Assembly (NCBI GenBank): GCA_011109175.1
Contig: RDEW01000005.1
Span: 62,001 to 126,000, forward strand
Direction: 5' to 3'
Origin: Dicyema japonicum
Taxonomy: Eukaryota > Animalia > Dicyemida
Length of the DNA stretch: 64,000 bases
Both the position numbers and the translations under genes were made by a program. A model generated the notes under the pieces. That model had not been told where the DNA came from, made no database searches, and saw only the letters and a program-made list of their open reading frames with translations. Shown piece after piece: positions 51,297-64,000 of the stretch (within the stretch, counting starts at the first letter, position 1; every line of letters begins with the position of its first letter).

Positions 51297-54128
51297 TTAG
51301 CGGCGTTTGTGAAGGAATAAAATTCCTAGAGTCTCGCTTCTTTGATTATCATCTCCGTTTACACAGCCATAATATCCTAGGGAGGAATGAGAACGAGTAT
51401 TTAGTCTTTCCTTTAATCTAATTTTCGCCACAGAGTCTTAAATAGAGTAGAATTATTACGTGGAGACGCAATATAAGGATTCTTGTAAGGAATTTGACTT
51501 TCTGGTGAATTTTTGTAGTTAATATGCTGGTTGTATTTTAAGAGAATAGCTTCCAGATCCCCGTCACTGTGAGATACGATAATAAGGAGACCTGAAATAT
51601 TTCAAACACTTTATGAATTTCTGATCCGTTATTTCATTTGGGGTATTAAATCTGGTTGTTTTGAAAGTTGAGACATTTTTCGTCTCCTTCAATAATTTAA
51701 TAGTCAACATTGTCGTAAATCTCTATAAATTTGTCCAGCTGACACAAGACCACGTGGACTCTTGATGTGGTTGATTTGCAGGAGGCGTCGATCGGGATTC
51801 CCCATTTAGTAAGGTTTAACTCCAAGAACTTCATGGTGGCTTTCTAGTTTATGAATTAAAAAGTTTACAGTTTCTTTCCTAAATCTGTTTTGAACGTCAG
51901 CGTCTTGACTGAGGGATTCCACTTTCAGTCGGTCCCTTAGCCTTTTCAGGTAAGTTGAAAAGGTCATTCTGGCCTGAAAAGAGCTGAAATAAAGCATCGA
52001 TTCAACCTTATTTTTATTTTCTCGTGAAGGATCAGTTTGCAGATATTTCGAGCCTCTTCACAAAACCACGTGATAGTCGACACTTTATCATCATTTATGA
52101 CATCTACGATTCGTATAAAGACTAGCGAACTATATGGTTTAATACTTGCAGACATGTTACGAGTCGGTACAATTTTGTCAGAAATTCCAGTCTGCGGAAC
52201 GATTTTCTTAAAAATCGGTTATTTAAATTTACCGGTTTTGGCGGAATCGTGCCATTCTTTTCACTAAAGTAATTCAAAAATATCAAACCCGAACAGAAAG
52301 TCGTTCAAATCTCTGTTACTTTTGGTGGTCTGGTCTAAATAGGTCCTAAAATTAAATTTTATCCGTTTCACTTATATCTTTCCCACGTGGTTTCCGTAGG
52401 GAAAATTCTGTTCCACCCCGATTGAAGTTTTTCATTTTTGATGAATGAAGGGAACATGTTTTTTTTGGTTCTTAAAGAAGGAGCAGATTTGCATCTCTAA
52501 ATGAGTTTCCTTTAAAATTACACCTTTCCCTGTTCTCTTGAGGAAGTACGAACGGGGATCCCTTAAATATAGTAAAAACAGCGAAACCGACAAGATTCAT
52601 TAAATTGGTCACCAGAGCTGTCTTAATTTTGCAATCGAGAGGAGAGTTCCTTAAAAATAAGTCCAGTAATGACAAACGTTCCGAGAGAAGGAGACAAATT
52701 TACTTCCATAAGCCACGCCTTCAAATTCTTGTCGATTAAGATATCGAAGCCGAACATTTCTAAAATGAGGGGGAAAGCTACCAAAGCAGCTATTTTTGTT
52801 CAAATTGTGGATTTTCCGTGATAGTGCCATGTACGCTTCCCCGGAAATCAGCGTCTTTACAACAATGTCCTTGATCTGGTCCATGATGTCTTACTAAGTT
52901 ATCAGTCATTACTTGAAGTGTCAATGTTTTGTGCCCTCAAATGCCGCATTAAGGCAGTGAAAGACCATTTATTGCCGTAGTTTTCGTTGTAAGGGTCAAT
53001 ATTACTAAATTTTTATTATTTCTTAATTTTATATATTTTAATAATTAAAAAAAATATTTAAATTTTATCGTTAATACTAATAATAATAAAAATTTAAATT
53101 ACTTGACAAAGTCAGAATTCTTCTTGTTAATACTATAATTGGTCAAATGCATAAAGCTATTGCATAGAGATTTTCGGTCCTTTTCATAGGGGACAGTGGC
53201 GAACCTAAAAGTTAGACCCGTCCAACCTCGTCAGTCCGTCTTCATAGATATAGACTACTAGGGGGTCCACTGAAATTAAGGCAACGTATATCCGCAAGTC
53301 AAATTTTAAGTCTAAATTACAAAAATACTTACCATTTACAAGCAGCACATTATCGATGTACTTAGAAACAATGACTTGGGTGTGAGTTTGGATCTGTGCT
53401 GGCTAAATAGGTTAGAATAAGACTCACGTGGGTTATTAAATATATTCCACGGCCACGTGACAAATATGAAGGTTTTACTATCCATACAACTTTTTCTTTC
53501 ATTATTTCTGCTAAATTATATTATGAGACTTCACACTGGAGTTGACGGAATTCTGAGGGCAGAATATAGCTTTTGGGCAAAAAATCAAAGTTTTTGGTTC
53601 CCTTTAAGTAATTAACGCTAATAATGCCTTGGTAATTTGCATTCTTCTAATATTTGTGGCCAGTTTGTCTTTTCTAGTGATCTCGTAAGACCTAAACTCC
53701 AATTTTATACCAACCTTGGGAAGTGATTAATTTTTTGGTCTTCAGTCACCGAGGAAAACGTCTCAGAGTCTGGTTGACCGCAACTCCAGCAGATATTCCA
53801 CGAGGATCCATCAGTCTGCAAATATTAGAAAATCAAACACCTCCTCGAGTCCGTGGTTCAGCAAAATGTTTCTAACAAGCTCACAGTTCCCTTTCTCAAT
53901 CTTAAACAACACCTTATTGTACTCTAAATGACCTTAATATTATAAAACGAGCACGTGTGCGAACATCCACAATTTCCTTAGGAGAAACAAGTTCCTTAAA
54001 CCCATCGAAAAAGTACAATGTTTGCCTGCTCAAATCTTCCGTCTCCCCTCTAGGGCTCACAAAACAGAGCCCAACCTATTCGGAACGTCATCCTCAGCCA
54101 AAATCAGGAACCCATGTCCGCCATACAT
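51297..54128 (-). CDS. TTLL5: Tubulin polyglutamylase TTLL5-like
   Basis: INHFPR|[32 protein letters not shown]...[14 protein letters not shown]|[19 protein letters not shown]|[44 protein letters not shown]. At least 17 introns, mostly 20-28 nt. The 3' end is approximate. Confidence 0.88.
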
Positions 54129-54262
54129 ATCAGTGAGTTGCTTTGCGGCGGCGTAGCGATGATTATATAGAACAGAATCATTAATAACCTAGGCAACAAA
54201 GACTATTAAGCGAGTTAACCACATAAAAACAATTTAAAATTCAAAGAAAAAATCAGAGATAA

Positions 54263-54493
54263 CTAGCAAGATTTAACTGGTGCAGGTTTGTTGTTCCTCT
54301 TAGAGTATCGTGTGTTCTTCAGCAGCCTCGTACACATCTTTGACTAAGAAAATATTATAGTACCCCTTTAGTTGTCATTTTCTTGTAAGTTTTGGGTTTC
54401 TTAATACCATTCCGATGAGCCTTCCTCTCTAAAACAAATAAGTCGTTATTGCTCACTTTGATTGTGATTTGTGCTGTTCTTTGACTTTGCCAT
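54263..54493 (-). CDS. RPL29: 60S ribosomal protein L29
   Basis: MAKSKNSTNHNQ|KRKAHRNGIKKPK...KG|MCTRLLKNTRYSKRNN. Introns of 28 and 26 nt, a possible 24-nt 5'UTR intron ending at the ATG, and one missing base near 54384. Confidence 0.93.
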
Positions 54494-54639
54494 CTACTCA
54501 GTAACCACGAGAAAAACGATTTTAAACGTGCAAATAATTAATTTAAAAAAAAATTTTAATATATGATTTTTTAATAAAAATAATTTTAATATTTCACTAG
54601 TTTCACATTCATAAATTTAATATCGGTCCAGATGGAATC

Positions 54640-55145
54640 GACACCTTTATCAAACCAATTCTCCTATCAACTCTGGGACCTGGACCACCTCAAAAAAGGA
54701 ATTGGAGAGGCTAGACTCGTTTCACAGGAATCATCTAAGAAACATAATTGGAATGTCCTTGCCATCCAAGATCTTGCGGAAAGGACTGTACAGTAAGTGT
54801 GACTGTACACCATTAAGTCTCGAGATCATTAGCTCTCGTTAGAGACTTTTTGGACACGTCCTGAGATTGGACCCGATATCCCCCCCCCGAATATCGCAAT
54901 GGAAGATTACTACTTCTCCAATGTAAAACGCTTTCGAGGAAGACAGAGAACAACCCTCCCGGTCGTTTTACAAAACGATCTGAAAGCTGTAAGAAAACAT
55001 TGGCATCTGGTGACGATCTGGACTTTCTGAGGGACCTAGCTAAGAACAGAAGAGCTTAGAGCAAGCAAACTAATTCTCTTATATTTTTTGTTGCACATGC
55101 GGGCCTATAAATACTATGATTATCGTGAAAGTGGTAATAATAATA
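54640..55145 (+). mobile_element. RTE LINE 3' fragment
   Basis: ERLDSFHRNHL, RLFGHVLRLD, FRGRQRTTL; tail tatcgtgaaagtgg(taa)n; paralog of 1255-1640. Confidence 0.85.
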
Positions 55146-55189
55146 ATGGATTCCCGACAAATGAAATTATCTAATATACGACCGAATTT

Positions 55190-55350
55190 TGGCAACTATG
55201 CCACGTGGCGGAAACTTTAGTGTGGTGTTATGTTGCTACTTGATAAAAAAATTTTTTTCTGTTCTTCTCTTCCTCCGTTTGGCTCCAGAGAGCTTGAATT
55301 ATTACCGTGCGTCATGTGGTTCACCATCTCTGGTGCCGCCAGATATAAGA
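55190..55350 (+). mobile_element. SINE family E (related to D) 5' part
   Basis: ggcaactatgccacgtggcg...gcgtcatgtggttcaccatctctggtgccgccagatata; inverse copy at 60262-60412. Confidence 0.7.
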
Positions 55351-55499
55351 CTAAATTATATCCAAAAAGGACCATCAGTCAACAACCATCAAAAGGAGTT
55401 CCTCCAGAACGGCACATTCTTCAAGTTCGAAAATGCGAAGACTTCTGAGGGAGGCCGGATCATCTGAATTTTTAGATTATGCCTATAAATGTGGTTTTC

Positions 55500-55890
55500 T
55501 GGTTCAATAAATTTATATTTAAATTAAACCCGGAAGTCCAAAAGATTGATCAACAAGTTCATTCTTGCACCACGTGTTTAAGAAGGGTCATCCCAACTCA
55601 ACTCACTTTACACGTCTAACAAATTTTATCATCGATGACCTACAATACAAACCTTGGCATCAAAAGTCATTAATATGCTCCATTGGCATACAGAAAGTTT
55701 TTGACTTAGTCCCAAGGGAGTCACTTACAAGGAAGATTTTTATCTCAGATATTTAAAGCAAATTGAAAATTCATTAACGGACGGAGAGGAAGTGTAATTG
55801 CACTTCCATCAAATCTGTCATTAAATTTTGCCAAATGGGTCCCACAAGGATCCCTTCTGTCATTCATTTTTTAACCTCTTCCTAAACGAT
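55500..55890 (+). mobile_element. Jockey-like RT fragment
   Basis: HPNSTHFTRLTNFIIDD...IGIQKVFDLVPRESL..KI, VPQGS, FNLFLNDMP. Confidence 0.75.
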
Positions 55891-56519
55891 ATGCCATCCC
55901 ATACCAGCTACGAAACTCTGGGCAATGTCTGTACTGCATGGGGAGATACCTGTCCAATATATAAATTCCGTGATAATGTCATGTACGCTTCCCCGGTTGA
56001 ATTGGCTAAAGTCTTTCAGGCAACAGTCACTGGAAATACAAAGGTTCTTCACCTCTCCTAAAGCCAATTCCTTCGATGTACTTGTTAGAGAAGAAGCCCT
56101 ATTGATACCTCCAAATTTTCTAAAAGAAACTCGTGCATTCAGGAGGTATGTCGGATCTTGGGATGAACACCAAACAAAGGTTAGATGGCTGCTTAAGGAG
56201 ACCGAGATCACCTAATGGCCACGTATTTCATTCTAAACTAAACACAATAGCCTTAAGACAATAGACGAGGTAGGAAAGTGGTTAGTGCTGTGCTCGATAT
56301 AAATTGACGTGATAGATCAGACTCGTTAGTAAACCTTTTCCGTTTATATGTTTATTAAAAAAAATAAGACAATGGCCTAAATTTTGTTTATTCATCTTTT
56401 TGATTGAATAGAGATAATTCTTAATGTATTTAATTTCATTTCTGGGCAACCAACTGTAGTTAAGGAATAAATGTAATCGATTTACTAGAGCGAAAATTTT
56501 TTAACCTCAAAATTTAACT

Positions 56520-57180
56520 TTACTAACCTATAAATTGGCTCAGTGATCCAAAGGGAAAGCAAGGATCTACGTTGGAATGGATGGATTCGAGAGTAATTCG
56601 ATGGCTATTGTGAGTGGAAACATCCTGGCCTTTCAAGTTAAAACACCTATAAACTGAATTTGTTACCCTTAAAACATAAAAATCTAATTTTAATTTTTTC
56701 AGTCCTTCTAAAATCAAAATAATAGTGTCCAACAATAAACTTGAAGGCACGTGGTCAAAAAGTTTTACAATAATGAAAAATAATATAACTGAAATTCATT
56801 ATAATATTGAGGGTAAAGTTTGGTTACAATGGGTCACTTCAAGAGGTAGTTTATGGTAAATTTTTCGACAGAAATCTATGTACTCGGTTGTTTGATAAGC
56901 TGAGTAGTGTTTCAAAGGTTAATTAACTTAATTAGTTTTACAAAACTTCTAAGTTACCTCTAGTCAGTCCCAGCACCCTCAAAATCTCGAGTAATTAGCT
57001 AAATATATTATTGATCCAGTCAAAATAATCGAAATGCTTTTGAGGTTACTTAATAACACTTTCCCACCAGGCTACTTGGATCTGTCGGATCTACTTGATC
57101 TGTCAAACTGCCAACGGATCAAACTATTTTTTCGGAGGTAATATTTACTTAGAAGCGAAGAATGCGTTTAAACTTTTGTA
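56520..57180 (+). CDS. Putative unidentified multi-exon gene
   Basis: GT-AG segments of 26, 46, 29 and 26 nt join frames NWLSDPKGKQGSTLEWMDSRVIRWL|PSKIKIIVSNNKLEGTWSKSF...WVTSR|EIYVLGCL and QNLD|QNNRNAFE|ATWICRIYLICQTANG. No homolog recognised. Confidence 0.4.
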
Positions 57181-57539
57181 AAGATAGGGAACGGTTATCG
57201 GGAGATGCAGGGGATATTTATAAAATTCATCTTTAAGCATTCTTTAATAAATATAATGTCACAGTCCTATTTGTTGTACGCAAATTAAATTAAATGTACT
57301 TTAGGCGATAATTAGGACGACAGAATAACGAAGGCGTCACCTCTGATAATCGCCATATAGTTGTGGTTGCACGTTGTGGTCGTTGTGGTGCCAAGAAGAA
57401 AGAAAAAAAGAAAAGAAAAAGAAAGGAAAATCAGAAAAGAAAATACAGAAAAATAATCAGGCTAAGTCTGACTCTGCTCACTGCCCTGCTATGGATTAAG
57501 CTACACTCAAAGAATTACTACTTTTACCAGCGAGGTCAA

Positions 57540-60225
57540 AAGAGCTGTGCGAGTCTTGCGGATTTTGCAACGAGAGGAAGTACGGTTTGAATTGTACTTC
57601 TTTCAGAAGATATTTCCACCTCGAGTGTGTCCGAATGACGAAATTAGCTGCGAGATCTCTTTACAAATGGGACTGCGCGAACTGTATGGATTCCGACCCC
57701 GCTCGGTGCAGCCATCCGACTGAATTCAGTCATCCCTCTTACTTTTATTCTGGACAAATCGAACCATTTTTGTTACGCCTATCTGAGAGTCGGAAAGGAA
57801 CACGGATTCCACTGAGGATACCAAAGGCCGCTCGAATTCCGCTGCTGAATGCCTCACGTCATTAATTGATAAAGCCATCTGCACCAGATATCAGGCCTCT
57901 CGGACACGTCTACTGAGCTTTGCACATATGCCCATTGGAATTTCTGCCTCAGAGCAAGCTCACAACGGAACATTGGCCTCAAAAATCAAGAAGAATATAC
58001 TTTTGCCTTTTTGGCCACTTCAACGCAGCAAAACTCTGGAATCGAGCCTGAGCAAGTATTTCGGTGCAAACAGTTGTCTACAGAAGCTGGGAGTAAACAG
58101 GAAGATTCTAAAGTATTTTGAGAGAGGGTGAACCGAAAACTAATGAAGGGGACGTTCACGCAGCTGCAAGAGTGGTGTCTTGTGACGAAACGCTGTTTAT
58201 TGAGAAGGAAGCACCTGCTCCACCACCGAACCAGTGGAACTTACAATGCCAGAAGACCTCCCGCATTTACTCCCACGGAATTTGAAGTAGTGCGTGATAA
58301 AGTCTTTTGCATCCAGTAGCTGCGGAGGCCTCGACGGACTGCGCCCAAGCCATATAAAACTTAACCTCTGAAGCTACTGCTGAACCCGGCCGTGCTTTGT
58401 TAACGTCCATCACCTTACTGCTCACTCGAATAGTTAATGGTGATATTCCAAAATTTGCTAGAGATCCTTTTTTGTGGATATTTATTGGTATTCCGAAAAG
58501 GAGATGGAGGTGTCCGCCCAATTGCGATCGGTACATACTTTCGAAGGCTTGCTGCTAAAATCGCTGCCCGGAGAGTCTCCCACAATGTTGCTGAAGAGCT
58601 GTTCCGACTCAACTTGGGGTGGGAGTGACCGGCGGTTGCGAGGCAGCAGTCCACGCCGCGAGGAGTTACTTCAACAACAATAATTCCCAGACCCAAAGGC
58701 TAGGCCTGTAGCTTGATATATCAAATGCTTCAACACGCTGAGGAGAGACTGTATTTTGGAAACCTGTTGGAAAAGAGCTCCGGAGATTAGCCGACTTGTA
58801 CACTTATCGTATTGGACGGACTCAGCTTAGTTAATAGAAACGATATCGTTTATTCACGCACAGGCGTTCAGCAGAGAGACCCTAGGGCCTTTGCTTTTTG
58901 CAATGACAATTGACATAGTGACACGAAGCATAAACTGTGAACTTAACCTGTGGTACTTGGACGACGCTACAATAGCTGGCCCATGGGAGAACGTATATCA
59001 GGATATTTCTTCAACCATTCCAGCTCTAAACGAATTGAGTTTAAGTGTCAACGTTATGAATTCAGAACTGATCAATATTACCTGCACATTCCAAACTTTT
59101 CCACTGTTTGCCAAGAATTCAGATCCCTACATCTAGGTTTCAGCATATCTTCTTTGGACAAGGTAAACTTCCTAGGCTGCCTCTCAAAAACGACAAGTTA
59201 AAAAAATGCCTTATCAGTAAGAATAATGAAGTTGAAGCCTTCACAAAGAGAGTATCATCTTTAGATTCACATGTGTCTTACTTTTTGCTCAAAAATGTAT
59301 TTCCGTGTCGAAAATGATGTACATTTTGAGATGTTCACCATGTTTTGAACACCGGAATGCACTATTGTCGGCTGATGGGACTCTGAGATGATCAGCGAGT
59401 CAATACTGAGTGTCAAATTGGATGATCTGGCTGGACTATGTGCAAAAACCTGCGAGAAATGGGCATTGGGTTAAGATCCCACTTGAAGCCGCCCTGCCTG
59501 CCTACTTTTCATCCTTGCGAGCTGCAGTTGCTTGGCCCAAGCAGTCCTACGTGACGCAACCGGACATACCTATGAATCGGAGCTTGACAGTGTTTGCAAG
59601 CTGTGGAGTGAGTTAGACTTGGAATTCCCGTCGAACTTCGCTTGCTAGAAGAGTTGGACTCAATCGCATTTATAAGAACTCTGGAGGCCGCGAAAAAAAG
59701 CGCCAACCAAAACCGAATAGCAAGCATTAAGTCGGCCGCACATCTCGGAAATGGAGTTTGGCTCGAGGTCCTACCTTGCCCACATCTGGGGACCTTTTTT
59801 GACAAAAACAGCTTGAGGATCGGGTGGCACTGCGACTAGAACTGGACATATGCCAGAGACACAAATTCCGTTGCGGTGGAGACGTTGATACGAAAGGATT
59901 ACATCTACTCTCTTATCGACAAAGTGCTGGTCGAGCTCCGCGCCACGCAGTCCTCAATGTCATCATTTTTCGAGCCCTCAAGGCTGCGGGATTTTCGGGC
60001 CAATTGGAACTATTGGGCTTAGATAGAGGCGACGGGAAGAGCCGGATGGAATGACGTTATTCTCATACTCCCACGGAAAATCACTAGTCTGGGACGCAAC
60101 GTGTGTGGACACCTTCTCAGGAGCCAGATTGCTGACGGCGACGCACTCTCCTGGAGACGCAGCCAACCAGGCGGTGGTCAGGAAAATCCATAAGTACGAA
60201 TCCCTCGGAGGAACTCTTCTAGATG
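57540..60225 (+). mobile_element. Second long degenerate CRE-like non-LTR retrotransposon
   Basis: Cys-rich N-term, KGDGGVRPIAIGTYFRRLAAK, GVTGGCEAAVH, GVQQRDP, LNLWYLDDATIAGP, CGGDVDTKGLHLLS..SAGRAPRHAVLN, GLDRGDGK..DGMTLFSYSHGKSLVWDATCVDT. 3' end truncated. Confidence 0.92.
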
Positions 60226-60261
60226 GTTGTTGACTAATAGTTTTTTTCGATATAATTTAGG

Positions 60262-60490
60262 ATTATATCTGGCGCCACCAGAGACGGTGAGCCACATGAC
60301 GCACGCTAACAATTCAAGGGAAGAGGGGGAAAAGAAGAATCAAACAAATAATCTTCAATCCATGTACCACATATAACCACACCAACTTTGGCGCCATGTG
60401 GCATAGTTGCCAAAAATTCATTGGATGTTAAAATATATCTATTTATTAACCCGGATGCACCGAGAAATAAGTTAAAGTAAACAAATAATT
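60262..60490 (-). mobile_element. SINE E fragment plus SINE D-type tail fragment
   Basis: 60262-60412 matches 55190-55350; 60440-60485 is attaacccggatgcaccgagaaataagttaaagtaaac (D tail). Confidence 0.7.
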
Positions 60491-60569
60491 AATATTACAG
60501 GATTGATCTGATCGGGACAGTTATCTCAAATTGTTTATTTTTCAGGTATTTTTTTGCTTTTTTATTTTC

Positions 60570-60900
60570 ATAGGCAAAGAAATTACTGAACCAAAAACCT
60601 CCTATAACACCGATCTTAGCTAGAAGGCCAAAGGATCGCTATATTGCTGACTTAATAGACCTAAGGAGATACTCAGAAGTGAATGATGGATATTCATTGG
60701 TGTGATTTCTGATATTAAAGTTTAGATTTGGTTGTTGTGGAATCTGTCTCAAAATATGTTATGGTTGAATTGGCTGAAATTAATGAGCAGAAGAAATTGT
60801 AGCGCAAAATATGTTTTTTTATGTCGGATCGCCATTGATCTTACATCCAGACAATGGTAAGGAATTTTGCAATTCATTAATGGAGGATGTACTCAGAAAA
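60570..60900 (+). mobile_element. rve-type integrase remnant (Ginger2/TDD- or KRBA2-like)
   Basis: PPITPILARRPKDRYIADLIDLRRYSEVNDGYS and GSPLILHPDNGKEFCN. Confidence 0.65.
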
Positions 60901-61420
60901 TACTCCAAAAATCAGTTATTTATGTGTCGCAAATAATCTTTTTCTAAACAGTACCTAATTCATGCACCCTGTCTGTCATAAACCTTTCTGTGCAGTACCG
61001 TATTCATGCACCTTGTCTGTCATAAAATTACCTGGAAGGGACCTTGGCACGAGAGAGAAGAATAGGACCAGAGGTTGCAGAACTAGCGAGGAACTTGAAA
61101 GATATATGCAAGACAAAATCAAATGCGACTGATATGATAAAAATTATTCCAAGATGAGAGACAACATATTAGAGCGAAAAAATAAACTAAAAAAATATTT
61201 TCAAGTTAATTTATTATCTTGAATAAATGAAGTAAACAAGCTAAAGGTGCAGAGCAGTAAGATTGCTTCGACAACCAAACCGAATAGAATCATTACTAAT
61301 AAAAATTGGAATGGGAAATTAATATTGAAGCGAGAACAAGTCAATCTTATCGCAGACTATTTCAAGAAGTTGCTTAATGTAATACCATATCAATTTTTCC
61401 CTTTGATGGATTGCCAAAAC

Positions 61421-62054
61421 CAGGGTTTCTCAAGCTTTTTAACGACAGGGCCAGATCGATAATTTACCGGTTCCTTCGGGGCCGCAAAAAAATTCAAAAA
61501 TTTAATTATCGTTAACTAATTTGTCACAACACGGAATAAATCGCAACAACTGACTTTGGTGACTATCAGTCGATTTATTTCGATATTTATTCTTTATGTG
61601 AATCATTTTACTGAAATTCCATCAAATTTTCAATCTTGAGAACTGAGGTAAATTCCACATCTGATTGAAGGTCTTCCAATTGGAGTGATGGTGGAGCATT
61701 CTTAGAATTTATATTAAATGGTACTGCAAAAATTTTCATTAATGGCAAAATTTCATCAAAATTCTTAAAATAAACTTAATTTAAATAAACCTTAGAGCGT
61801 TTTTCAAATTCTACAATAAGGTGACTGATGAAGGCAGTATATTTTTCAAATGAACCGCTATTTTCGCTCAAAAAGTGAAATGGGTCGTGTCTTTGAGAGC
61901 TATTTAACCTTTCCAAAAATTTAAATTCGATATAAAAGAAGAAATTGATCCATACAGTAGATGATAAAATTTGTATTGCCCCCCCTCCTAATTTAATATT
62001 CAACGAGGATAAATGAGAGGATAGATCGACCCAAAAAGCTAAATCGGCATCCAC
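61421..62054 (-). mobile_element. hAT (Charlie/SPIN-like) transposon end: TIR plus transposase remnant
   Basis: DLAFWVDLSSHLSSLNIKL...FHFL...YTAFISHLIVEFEKR, FAVPFNINSKNAPPSLQLEDLQ; TIR-like cagggtttctcaagcttttt...agggccagat at 61421. Confidence 0.75.
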
Positions 62055-62064
62055 TCCTTATTTA

Positions 62065-62377
62065 TTATTTATTGATTAACCCCGGATACACCGAGAAAGA
62101 AGTTAAAGTAAACAACTAATTAAATGTATCCAGTTTTTACTTCTACAGAGTCAATTCGGAATCAACATAAAGGGTAAAAGACGTCCATACTTTCAGTTGT
62201 GGAAACCCTTCCAGTGGAGTGGGGGAAAGCAAATGATCTTTTTTCGTGCCGGCCTGGCACTGGCACTAAACAGATGGATCATATGACGGCACTCTATTAG
62301 GAAGAGAGAGGAGGAACAGACGAACAAACAGAAACTTCAACCAATTAGCCACGAAGCACCACATGGCGCCATGCGGC
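62065..62377 (-). mobile_element. SINE family D, full-length
   Basis: Reverse complement of 28617-28940. Confidence 0.88.
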
Positions 62378-62639
62378 TAAAGATATGAGGGAGTACTTCA
62401 TAAAATCTACGTTTTTTTCAAACAAATATATGGCACGCGGAACGACTCTACTATCAAACCGTGGTATGATAAAGCACATCAGGACACTTTGTGTTGTTGC
62501 GGTGATTGATCAATATTCAAAAACGTGAGATTTCCTCTTCAATTTGGTGGGTACTTGTGTGAGAAACCCCTCAAACCTTAGTCCGCGCGGTTGAAAAATG
62601 AAACTGCCTCAGAGTGTGCAAAAGGATTACTCGCGCTCT

Positions 62640-62900
62640 TTTTCAACAACATCTAACCACTATGGATCCATAATCAGTTCTACGTCTGATTGCATGTTCT
62701 CGAGTATTTAAATGTTTCTTGTAGAAAATTGAGGTACCTGAACCAACAAGAGTACCAGGTCGCCATAGAATATCAACACAATTGTAACCATGATTATTTG
62801 TACCCCCACTTTCTCCATTTTTAATAACTAGGATATCCAGACATACTGTGCTGGTTAAGAGCTAACAGCTCCAAATCCTGTTTAAGAGAGTGAAACCACA
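62640..62900 (-). mobile_element. R4/Dong-like RLE remnant
   Basis: Degenerate KxDL.LLA and IVLIFxGDLV, similar to 25720-26110. Confidence 0.35.
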
Positions 62901-63736
62901 GTTTACAGTTTTTTTAATTCAGTCACATAAACTTAAAATTCCGCTCTAGAGTGGAAACCCAACACATCAAGCAGTTCGCTTTATTCTTAAACAGTAATCT
63001 ATGTGTCTGAAATCTTGGCATCTGTAACATTGGAGAGCAAGATTTCTAATCCGAAGAGCCTTCTTTACCAAAAGGATTCTTTATCAAAGACGACTTGAAA
63101 ATCTATCAAATCACTCATATTCTTAAAGCGAGAAACAAATTCTCCTGAATGACTGCATGACACTCTTCTTCACCGATTATAATCTGAAAAAATATTAAAA
63201 GCGGTGATCGACCTCAAGGACTTATTCAAAAGATTCAACTATAAACTAAGAGACATATCTGTAGAACTACAGAAAAACCGTAAGAAAAAATTCATGGAAA
63301 TAAAAACTGTAAAACAAAAATACAAAATTACCAGACGCATGAAGAGCTCGTGCGACTATTACACACCATATCAGACAACTCTTTATTACACAACTTATAG
63401 TTGGATTGAGTGAGATTCACATAATTGACTGCATTTCTTGGTAAAACTGACATTCTTCAACAATTGCTTCTTTTGAGCTTGCATTCGTGTTTTAGCCATT
63501 TTTTAGACTTCACAGAAATATTGTCTTCTACACATGTAAATATTATTTTACTCACATGCAACTTGGCTGTATTTTGTCAAACAAAATAAAATTATGCCTT
63601 AATTACATATTTCAGTTAAGTGAGGTAGACAATTTACAAATTATCAGCTATGCGTGTCACACAACTTTAAATCCAAAATAGTTATAATGAATTTTAAAAA
63701 CATAAGTTAGTATAATCCAACAAAAATGTATTTTGT

Positions 63737-64000
63737 CTATTTCTTTTTCTTTGCAGGCAAATTTACATTCATTTTAGCACGGTGGTCAGAAACAAGTGAA
63801 TCATATAATTCCATGTTGACTGGCCTATAAAACGCATACTCCATGGTGTATTCCCCGAGACCACGGGTAGCTGCTCTCAAATCCAAGCAAAATCCGAACA
63901 TTTTATTAAGTGGAACTTCCGAGGAGATAGTTATCATGGTATCATCATACTTTTGATCTGTCACAATCCCTTGTCTACCAGACAAAATATCTAAAAGTCG
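63737..64000 (-). CDS. GFM1: Mitochondrial elongation factor G1, last exon (gene continues beyond the window)
   Basis: ILSGRQGIV...SEVPLNKMFGFCLDLRAATRGLGEYTMEYAFYRPV matches EF-G domain V ([29 protein letters not shown]). Confidence 0.9.
   Translation of the reverse strand, partial: RLLDILSGRQGIVTDQKYDDTMITISSEVPLNKMFGFCLDLRAATRGLGEYTMEYAFYRPVNMELYDSLVSDHRAKMNVNLPAKKKK

Overview
AT-rich eukaryotic nuclear DNA with an animal-like gene set. About a dozen intron-dense housekeeping or ciliary genes sit among many decayed transposons. The recognisable genes are a QKI-type STAR protein (3' end), ERp44, CPSF1, ESS2/DGCR14, TAF12, an RTN4IP1-like oxidoreductase, a HIPK-type kinase, a DUF4200 coiled-coil protein, NMNAT, a TTLL5-like glutamylase, RPL29 and GFM1 (3' end), plus one intronless tRNA-Tyr(GTA). 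The most distinctive property is miniature spliceosomal introns. Roughly 65 can be anchored by restoring conserved reading frames; almost all are 20-28 nt (mode 22-23 nt), and seven consecutive CPSF1 introns are exactly 23 nt. This resembles what is reported for dicyemid mesozoans, but the taxon is an inference only. Intergenic DNA holds RTE, CRE-like, R4/Dong-like and Jockey/I-like non-LTR retrotransposons, at least two tRNA-headed SINE families, and hAT, pogo-like, Helitron and rve-integrase remnants. Nearly every conserved gene carries single-base frameshifts, most likely long-read assembly indels, so gene coordinates are spans and not exact models. NMNAT and the DUF4200 gene are only 16 nt apart with an unpaired acceptor-like AG, which hints at operon-like or trans-spliced expression. 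All protein assignments come from recalled family motifs; no database search was run.
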